From a virus (lineage: Duplodnaviria > Heunggongvirae > Uroviricota > Caudoviricetes), in IMG/VR virus record IMGVR_UViG_2671180283_000015: a stretch of DNA of 5,266 nt. The stretch is one strand, 5' to 3'. The translations under genes and the position numbers were made by a program. The notes under the pieces are model-generated. The model had not been told where the DNA came from. It was given only the letters and a program-made list of their open reading frames with translations, and did no database searches. Each line of letters starts with the position of its first letter. The stretch's first letter is position 1. Shown here piece after piece: positions 1-5,211 of the stretch.

Positions 1-18
1 TTTTTTTGTCCATAAGAA

Positions 19-38
19 AGCCCCTCCGGAGAGGGGCT
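19..38 (-). terminator. GC-rich hairpin (AGCCCCTC, CGGA loop, GAGGGGCT), possible weak intrinsic terminator
   Basis: An 8-bp perfect stem; on the minus strand it is followed by TTCTTAT, an imperfect U-tract. Confidence 0.3.
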
Positions 39-430
39 GGAGAGTGGCGCTATGTGCCATTGCATGGTGCCGGGTGCCTCCCGGTGAATTCAGTACCAGC
101 ACCTGAATCCGCGATTATCCCATATACCTACTCGCTGATTGCCCCTCCGCACAGGGGGATTCACCATGCCAGTTTCTTTTAACAAACTCCCCGCAAACCA
201 GACAACAGTCAACCGCCTGAATTGTGAAGTATTTAAAAATTTCTCCCGCTAACTGATACCCGGCTAACAGTCTGGCGTTTTCTTTTTCAGCAACGGGAAA
301 GCAGCAACCACCACACCCGCCACCAGCACACCGTCAGCCAGCACTGACATTATCCGGCTGCTGCAATGCCATTCACAAAAACAGTAAGCAATCACTTTTT
401 ACCGTAACCGGTGATAATCCAGATATGTAT

Positions 431-787
431 CTACCCCAGATGAGTAATCCGAAGTTCATCCATACCACAGGTCCTGGCTATTCTGTTGTACTCCTGAACA
501 AGAGCAAATAATTCTGAATTAGCCACCATGAACTCATCGCAAACCCTCTGTATAGCATCACTATTCAGAATAATAACGTCTCTTCCCGAAAGACGATCAG
601 GAGTACAGAACAAAACTGTCAAACGGCTGAAGGCCTTTGCTCGTTCTGCATTGACTATATCAATACGCTGCCTAAGGATGAAACACCCCGACGCCTCATC
701 AATATTCACTCTACCCACACCATATGAATGATAAATATTTAATGCTGAAAAAACCATTAGACCGTATAACAAACACTCAATCAACAC
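431..787 (-). CDS. Hypothetical protein in the AT-rich cargo slot (doubtful)
   Basis: The 118-aa frame is open but has a non-ATG first codon; the first ATG (757..755) has no clear Shine-Dalgarno sequence. It carries 3 AGA, 2 AGG and 3 ATA codons, and shows no recognisable motif. Confidence 0.3.
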   Translation of the reverse strand: MLIECLLYGLMVFSALNIYHSYGVGRVNIDEASGCFILRQRIDIVNAERAKAFSRLTVLFCTPDRLSGRDVIILNSDAIQRVCDEFMVANSELFALVQEYNRIARTCGMDELRITHLG

Positions 788-894
788 TTAACAGAACTTT
801 TATTTTTGACAAACATATAATATTTTCAACAATATCCTGAGCCAGGTATATTTCAGTATAAGGCTCTGCCGAAAGGAATCTGGAAGAATGAATA

Positions 895-971
895 TGGCGC
901 GCTGTACTGGATTCGAACCAGTGACCGATTGCTTAGAAGGCAATTGCTCTGTCCGGCTGAGCTAACAACGC
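895..971 (-). tRNA. tRNA-Arg (anticodon UCU, reads AGA)
   Basis: Manual fold: acceptor GCGTTGT/ACAGCGC (one G-U pair), D-arm GCTC-AGCCGGACA-GAGC, anticodon stem ATTGC/GCAAT with loop CTTCTAA, T-arm ACTGG-TTCGAAT-CCAGT, encoded CCA. Confidence 0.9.
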
Positions 972-984
972 TGAATACCGATAA

Positions 985-1064
985 TGGACCGCCATCGGGG
1001 ACCCGCCCCCGCACCAACAACCCTGTTATCGTGTCGTCTGCTCTTCCTGATAAGCTAATGGCGG
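985..1064 (-). pseudogene. Degenerate tRNA-like element (possible decayed middle tRNA of a three-tRNA phage cluster)
   Basis: 80 nt with a perfect 7-bp acceptor pairing (CCGCCAT/ATGGCGG), discriminator, encoded CCA (987..985) and a D-arm-like TAGCTTATCAGGAAGAGC. No canonical anticodon arm is present, and the T-arm has a GC stem with a 6-nt loop lacking TTC. Confidence 0.3.
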
Positions 1065-1071
1065 TTTGTGA

Positions 1072-1147
1072 TGGTGGCCCTTGCTGGATTTGAACCAGCG
1101 ACCTGGCGATTATGAGTCGCTCGCTCTCACCACTGAGCTAAAGGGCC
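1072..1147 (-). tRNA. tRNA with CAU anticodon, probably tRNA-Ile2 (lysidine, AUA decoder), alternatively tRNA-Met
   Basis: Manual fold: acceptor GGCCCTT/AAGGGCC, D-arm GCTC-AGTGGTGA-GAGC, anticodon loop CTCATAA, T-arm GCTGG-TTCAAAT-CCAGC, encoded CCA. Near-identical to the recalled E. coli ileX sequence. Confidence 0.85.
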
Positions 1148-1196
1148 GGAAGCAGAATAATAATGGTGCGTAATTAATTCTGCAATCTCATCCGTT

Positions 1197-2246
1197 TCAA
1201 ACGATTAAATCCTGAACTTCCCTGACTGTCTGCTCAAAACGTCCGGTCTCCAGTTCAACGCCAATCGCACGACGCCCCAGTGCCATCGCCGCTTTTACCG
1301 TTGAACCCGACCCCATGAAAAAATCTGCAACCAGGTCACCCGGACGACTGCTTGCGCTGATTATCTGCTGCAGCATTTCTGCCGGTTTTTCGCACGGATG
1401 TTTCCCGGGATAGAACTGCACCGGTTTATGCGTCCACACATCGGTATACGGCACCTGCACCGTCACGCCAAAATACCGCCGCAGATGTTTATATTCACTC
1501 AGCAGCTCCGCATACTGCCGGTTCAGTGAGGTATACGTATCCACCAGCTGGTGGTGGAGCTTTTCCAGTTCACCACGCCGATGCTTCTCTTCTGCCACCC
1601 GGGCAAACAGCGCCTGTAATTTCAGATAATCGCTTTCATTCGGTAGCTGCCACTGACTGGCACTGAACCAGTGCGACACCATGTTTTTCTTTCCTGTGGC
1701 ATCTGCAATCTGTTTTGCCGTTATCCCCAGGGCCGCGCGCGCATCACGAAAGTAAGAAATCAGCGGGGCCATCACATGCTGTTTCAGTGCACTGCCCTTC
1801 GCCGCATACCCGGCATCTTTCGGACGATACGGCCCCTGATAATGTTCCGCGAACAGAATGCGCTCTGTGGCGGGGAAATACGCCCGCAGGCTTTCCTTGT
1901 TGCATCCGTTCCAGCGTCCGGACGGCTTCGCCCAGATAATATGGTTCAGCACACTGAAGCGTTCACGCATCATGATTTCGATATCAGATGCCAGGCGATG
2001 ACCACAGAACAGGTAAAGACTTCCGGCAGGTTTCAGCACCCGCCAGAACTGCGCCAGACACTGGTCCAGCCACTTCAGGTAATCATCGTCGCCCTTCCAC
2101 TGGTTATCCCAGCCCTCAGGCTTCACTTTAAAGTACGGCGGGTCCGTGACTATCAGGTCAACAGAATTTTCGGGTAACGACCGGATAAATTCCAGGCAGT
2201 CGGCGTTGATTAACTCACAACTGGATATTTTTACAGTATTAAGCAT
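1197..2246 (-). CDS. Orphan beta-class amino-methyltransferase, probably an N6-adenine DNA methyltransferase
   Basis: The 349-aa product has motif IV DPPY at residues 35-38 and motif I FFMGSGST near residue 310. The IV-before-I order defines the beta class, and DPPY favours N6-adenine. No endonuclease gene is adjacent. The Shine-Dalgarno sequence is weak (AGG about 13 nt upstream). Confidence 0.9.
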   Translation of the reverse strand: MLNTVKISSCELINADCLEFIRSLPENSVDLIVTDPPYFKVKPEGWDNQWKGDDDYLKWLDQCLAQFWRVLKPAGSLYLFCGHRLASDIEIMMRERFSVLNHIIWAKPSGRWNGCNKESLRAYFPATERILFAEHYQGPYRPKDAGYAAKGSALKQHVMAPLISYFRDARAALGITAKQIADATGKKNMVSHWFSASQWQLPNESDYLKLQALFARVAEEKHRRGELEKLHHQLVDTYTSLNRQYAELLSEYKHLRRYFGVTVQVPYTDVWTHKPVQFYPGKHPCEKPAEMLQQIISASSRPGDLVADFFMGSGSTVKAAMALGRRAIGVELETGRFEQTVREVQDLIV

Positions 2247-2278
2247 GGATCATTAAGCCTGTCTCTGATAGGCTCATT

Positions 2279-2297
2279 CTGCTTTTGCGCAAAGCAG
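2279..2297 (-). promoter_or_regulatory. 7-bp stem-loop (CTGCTTT, TGCGC loop, AAAGCAG) 33-50 nt upstream of the methyltransferase start
   Basis: Perfect inverted repeat read from the sequence. It lies in the 5' leader, next to a 4-codon uORF (ATG 2253..2251, TAA 2241..2239) that overlaps the methyltransferase ATG at 2246..2244. Confidence 0.4.
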
Positions 2298-2338
2298 TGG
2301 GCCTGAGGTTTGCTTGTGAACCCAACGCATGAGCAGAT

Positions 2339-2369
2339 GGCTGGTGGGTGCCCCTAACACCCACCAGCC
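2339..2369 (-). repeat. Perfect 12-bp inverted repeat (GGCTGGTGGGTG, 7-nt spacer, CACCCACCAGCC) in the methyltransferase leader
   Basis: Read directly from the sequence at 2339-2350 and 2358-2369. No U-tract on either strand, so it is not a terminator; it is an operator-like palindrome or a stable RNA hairpin. Confidence 0.6.
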
Positions 2370-2382
2370 GCCCATTTACCAC

Positions 2383-2410
2383 AAATAAAAAAGCCTTCAC
2401 TGCGGAAGGC
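2383..2410 (-). terminator. Intrinsic terminator immediately after the 65-aa ORF
   Basis: On the minus strand: GCCTTC (2410..2405), loop CGCAGT, GAAGGC (2398..2393), then TTTTTTATTT (2392..2383). Confidence 0.6.
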
Positions 2411-2594
2411 GTCTGTAACAACCGAACTGATAGTCTGCCAGACCCGCCATAACCAGCTGGGTCAGTATTAACTGGCAGCGTTCGCGTGAAAGGTAAGTAT
2501 TCTGCGCTATCTCCCCGACTGTCGCCGGTTCGGTAACGCTTAATTCATTAAACACCACTCTGGCGGTTTCTGTCATATCCTGCTGTTTTAGCAT
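2397..2594 (-). CDS. Hypothetical 65-aa protein, possibly a small winged-helix-like DNA-binding protein
   Basis: ATG at 2594 is preceded by AAGGGA 8-10 nt upstream. Product MLKQQDMTETARVVFNELSVTEPATVGEIAQNTYLSRERCQLILTQLVMAGLADYQFGCYRRLPQ. The stop codon sits inside the following terminator hairpin. The fold call is pattern-based only. The longer 94-aa version in the ORF track needs a GTG start with no ribosome-binding site. Confidence 0.45.
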   Translation of the reverse strand: MLKQQDMTETARVVFNELSVTEPATVGEIAQNTYLSRERCQLILTQLVMAGLADYQFGCYRRLPQ

Positions 2595-2716
2595 GTCTTT
2601 TTCCCTTTTCCGGTTAACGTGACACACCAATAACTCTTGTCGAAAAAGCCAGCAAGCTGAAAGACAGGTATTCACCGCCACCAGCGCGTTTACTGTACTG
2701 ACGCGATTTCAGTCAT

Positions 2717-2738
2717 AAAAAACCCGCCAGGCGGCGGG
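2717..2738 (-). terminator. Intrinsic terminator (tR'-like) about 45-65 nt downstream of the late promoter start
   Basis: On the minus strand: CCCGCC (2738..2733), loop GCCT, GGCGGG (2728..2723), then TTTTTT (2722..2717). An all-GC 6-bp stem followed by a U-tract. Confidence 0.65.
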
Positions 2739-2780
2739 GTGTAAAAAATCTTCTAACGTCAGGCATAAAACGCCCATCGT

Positions 2781-2818
2781 TAGGGCAAATTTACCACAGA
2801 TTCGGGAAAAATCAACAA
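2781..2818 (-). promoter_or_regulatory. pR'-type late promoter with a sigma70-dependent promoter-proximal pause element (Q engagement site)
   Basis: The minus strand reads TTGATT (2815..2810), a 16-nt spacer, TGgTAAATT (extended -10; hexamer 2793..2788), tgccct, then AACGATGGG (2781..2773). The core GGTAAATTTG...AACGATGGG matches the recalled lambda pR' -10 and initial transcribed pause-inducing sequence. Predicted +1 is near 2781. Confidence 0.7.
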
Positions 2819-2820
2819 CA

Positions 2821-3642
2821 CTATCGCGTTACCCTCTTTAACTGCCGCTCCGCCCATGCCTCTTCAATGTCAAACCGAACCACCAACGTATCGTAAAAGC
2901 GTTTCACTGATTTTTTCCACGTATCAAGCGTGATAGCACTCGTCACTTTGCGTATGGCATTAAATGCCTCCGTTGATGGTAGTCTTTCACAGCCACGACC
3001 ACCACAACGCTGGCAGTCTCTGATAACAGGCATACCACGTTTTACCGACTCTTCACGATGAATGGCGACACCACGCCCACGGCAGTCTTTACAGGCAGTG
3101 GAAATCTCCCCCTTCCCTTTACATTCAGGACAAGAAACTTTCACCACCTCCCGAATTTTTTTCCATTCTTCCCAGTAAGACGGATACACACCTTTCGTAC
3201 ACTTTGCCCATACTGGCGGCTTGCCATCCGGATACTGAACCTTGTTTGTAAAAACCTCGCTTTCAATAAATTTTTTTCCGTGACAGCAGGGGCACTGTTT
3301 TTTGCTCGCCGCGCTACGGGCATAATCTTCAAACGCATACGAAGCCATAATACGCATCACTGCCGGTTTTATTTCTGCCGGGAGTTTTCTTAACGCCGCC
3401 ACGCGATCACACCGACTGAGTGCATATTCTGTCAGCAATTCTGTTGCCCGCTCTCTGTCATTCATACTAATGCCCATTTTCCCAAGGAACGCAGAAAACC
3501 CCATCTCAGCCCGATTCTGTGTCATGCCCTGCGCGGCCATCACATCAGTGATACTCAGCGCATCTTTCGACGTTGAGGCCGATGCATCAGTCAGGCCGGG
3601 GGATTTTGGGGAGTAGTATTTCGGTAAATCTTCCAGTTTCAT
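2821..3642 (-). CDS. Q: Late-gene antiterminator Q (lambda-Q family) with an expanded CxxCxGxG zinc-binding region
   Basis: The 273-aa product shares N-terminal (KYYSPKSP...TDVMAAQGM) and C-terminal (TWKKSVKRFYDTLVV...VTR) blocks with lambda Q as recalled. The centre carries four CxxCxG-type repeats (CPCCHG, CPECKGKG, CKDCRGRG, CQRCGGRG). A pR'-like promoter lies immediately downstream. Confidence 0.85.
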   Translation of the reverse strand: MKLEDLPKYYSPKSPGLTDASASTSKDALSITDVMAAQGMTQNRAEMGFSAFLGKMGISMNDRERATELLTEYALSRCDRVAALRKLPAEIKPAVMRIMASYAFEDYARSAASKKQCPCCHGKKFIESEVFTNKVQYPDGKPPVWAKCTKGVYPSYWEEWKKIREVVKVSCPECKGKGEISTACKDCRGRGVAIHREESVKRGMPVIRDCQRCGGRGCERLPSTEAFNAIRKVTSAITLDTWKKSVKRFYDTLVVRFDIEEAWAERQLKRVTR

Positions 3643-4019
3643 TTTTTGACCTGCCCTTCAAGCATTATGGGGTAAATCTTCACCCCCAGACGTCCACCAG
3701 ATACTGGCTGAGCACGAACGATATTGATTTCATCAAACTGCTCATCGTCCATTAGCAACCCCGCATGCGTCAGCGCATCCAGCGGCGCTTTCAGAATATT
3801 GTCCAGGTCACGGCGGCGCTTATCCGGTGGTTCTGCAATAATTTTTATTGCCAGCCGTCCGGACAGGCTTAATTTCAAGTGCTGCTGGCGAACAATAAGC
3901 GCCACTGCCCGGCGATAACGCTCCCCGGCTTTTGATACAAAATATGTGCTGCCACGGCGTCGCCAGTAAGTGTTCACCGTCGGCGGGTAAGGCAAAACAA
4001 ATTCTATGCGTTCGGTCAT
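3639..4019 (-). CDS. rusA: RusA-family Holliday junction resolvase (crossover junction endodeoxyribonuclease)
   Basis: The 126-aa product has the RusA signature blocks PDKRRRDLDN...PLDALTHAGLLMDDEQ, matching the recalled E. coli RusA sequence PDRRRRDLDN...FDALTKAGFWLDDAQ. Its ATG at 4019 abuts the upstream stop, and its TGA overlaps the Q start as ATGA. Confidence 0.9.
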   Translation of the reverse strand: MTERIEFVLPYPPTVNTYWRRRGSTYFVSKAGERYRRAVALIVRQQHLKLSLSGRLAIKIIAEPPDKRRRDLDNILKAPLDALTHAGLLMDDEQFDEINIVRAQPVSGGRLGVKIYPIMLEGQVKK

Positions 4020-5078
4020 TTATGCTTTCCACTTCAGAACACCCGAATTTCTCGCGTGCATTAAAAAACGAATCAGCAACAACAGCTGACTGCCGTGTTT
4101 TTCTTCAAAATCTTTTACTCCGGCATGTAGTTTGTTATGGCATTTACGGCACAACGGAATAACAAACAAATCGTCAGCCTTTGTTCCCATCCCTCCCAGT
4201 CCATGACCAATGATGTGATGCGGATCATCTGCCTGATTACCGCACGTCATGCATTTCTGCGTTTTTACCCAGCGCGTGTATACAGGCATCTCTTCCCGTT
4301 GTGGTTTCTGGCGCTGGAGGTACTGAGCCGGAGACTCCGGATCAACGGCGATGCTTACTAACGTCTTTTCCTGGGGTGGGGGCTGTTGCTGGTGGACGTG
4401 AAGTGGCAGCGCAATATTTTTTGTGCGCTGCTTCAGTATGCTGATGGCTGTCTGTTCTCCCGGTACGATGTCACTCTCACGGTATACGGAGCGGATTTTT
4501 TCCACCGGTAATCCCAGCGAACGACGCGCTACTGCCTCAGGTAGTGCATCCACCACCTGATTGCAGGCCGCCCACCAGGATAATTCGGCCAGCGATAACT
4601 CCCTCTCCTGCGTACCGCTTATTGCGTGACGGATGACGTCAATCATCCAGGCAACCAGATTCTGCTGAGCAAGTTGATCGAGTGATTCTGATGTCTGGTT
4701 GCGCAGCTGGTTGTCACAGTGCCAGCACAACACCATCGCGCCGGTACCGTAACGGTGAATGACTGTTTCGCTGTGATGATAATCGCCGTGTGGCCACTGG
4801 CAGGATTTCACGTGACGTAATAACCAGTCAGACAGTGCACCTGCACCACCTGCTGCACGAATTACCCGCTCATCGCTGAAAAATGGTAGTAATGTTTTAT
4901 CCTCAGCCAACGGCTGGCTAACGGCTGCAACGACGCCGGACGGAAGACTGCGCATGTTTTTGGGTTCCGGTTCCACCAATATTCTGCCGTTATGGAATAC
5001 TGACATTGATTCACGGTCTGGCTTAACGATAACCAGACCGAGTTCCGGTACCAGAACAGGTCGAAGTAATACCCGCAC
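4020..5078 (-). CDS. 352-aa nin-region protein with a C-terminal HNH-like Zn/nuclease motif (DUF968/YdfU-like, tentative)
   Basis: Long ORF with a GTG start at 5078 preceded by GGAGG (5083-5087, 4-nt spacer). The C-terminus reads CMTCGNQADDPHHIIGH...LCRKCHNKLH, a CxxC..HH..CxxCH pattern resembling HNH nucleases; an N-terminal CWHC cluster is also present. Its stop TAA is directly followed by the rusA ATG. The family assignment is from memory of Qin-prophage YdfU and is unverified. Confidence 0.75.
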   Translation of the reverse strand: MRVLLRPVLVPELGLVIVKPDRESMSVFHNGRILVEPEPKNMRSLPSGVVAAVSQPLAEDKTLLPFFSDERVIRAAGGAGALSDWLLRHVKSCQWPHGDYHHSETVIHRYGTGAMVLCWHCDNQLRNQTSESLDQLAQQNLVAWMIDVIRHAISGTQERELSLAELSWWAACNQVVDALPEAVARRSLGLPVEKIRSVYRESDIVPGEQTAISILKQRTKNIALPLHVHQQQPPPQEKTLVSIAVDPESPAQYLQRQKPQREEMPVYTRWVKTQKCMTCGNQADDPHHIIGHGLGGMGTKADDLFVIPLCRKCHNKLHAGVKDFEEKHGSQLLLLIRFLMHARNSGVLKWKA

Positions 5079-5181
5079 GTTACCTCCAGATGCGTTGCTG
5101 ATATGTGCGGGACGGACGCGGCGGGCGTTCGGAATAAGGGAGCCTGACGGAAATTATCCAGTGTCGGAAGTCAGGACTGGT

Positions 5182-5211
5182 AAGCGTCAACGGAGCACCG
5201 TATTGACGCTT
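5182..5211 (-). repeat. 9-bp inverted repeat (AAGCGTCAA, 12-nt spacer, TTGACGCTT) overlapping the upstream stop codon
   Basis: Perfect 9-bp arms at 5182-5190 and 5203-5211. On the minus strand no U-tract follows, so it is not a canonical intrinsic terminator; it may be an RNA stem-loop or a protein-binding site. Confidence 0.4.

Noticed and set aside
528-731. Plus-strand 67-aa ORF in the AT-rich region
   Set aside because: It has no Shine-Dalgarno sequence, is opposite in orientation to every supported gene in the operon, and overlaps the alternative 118-aa minus-strand frame, which is itself only weakly supported.
806-821. Consensus TTGACA (806-811) and TATAAT (816-821) hexamers on the plus strand
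   Set aside because: They are separated by only 4 bp, so they cannot act together as a sigma70 promoter, and nothing lies downstream on the plus strand to transcribe.
431-890. Shiga toxin genes, expected by analogy with Stx phages at the slot after Q and the tRNAs
   Set aside because: No ORF of StxA size (about 319 aa) or StxB size (about 89 aa with a signal peptide) is present.
1152-1183. 7-bp inverted repeat GCAGAAT...ATTCTGC between the methyltransferase stop and the tRNA
   Set aside because: The 18-nt loop and AT-rich stem make a weak structure; it may help tRNA 5' processing but the signal is too weak to call.
1671-2177. Plus-strand ORFs of 168 aa and 74 aa (1715..1939) inside the methyltransferase gene
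   Set aside because: They lie entirely antisense to a strongly supported methyltransferase CDS, have no ribosome-binding site or recognisable motifs, and are typical spurious open frames.
2239-2421. Minus-strand 60-aa ORF spanning the second terminator, the 12-bp palindrome and the methyltransferase start
   Set aside because: It reads through a terminator hairpin and a perfect palindrome and overlaps the methyltransferase start; only its last four codons (MIHA) are noted, as a possible uORF.
2595-2681. N-terminal extension of the small ORF to 94 aa as given in the ORF track
   Set aside because: The extension needs a GTG start with no ribosome-binding site, whereas the internal ATG at 2594 has an AAGGGA Shine-Dalgarno sequence.
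3058-4361. Plus- and minus-strand ORFs of 60-111 aa overlapping Q, rusA and the HNH-like gene (3058..3393, 3141..3338, 3573..3755, 3724..3918, 3820..4032, 3932..4162, 4137..4361)
   Set aside because: All are embedded in or antisense to better-supported CDSs and lack start signals and motifs.
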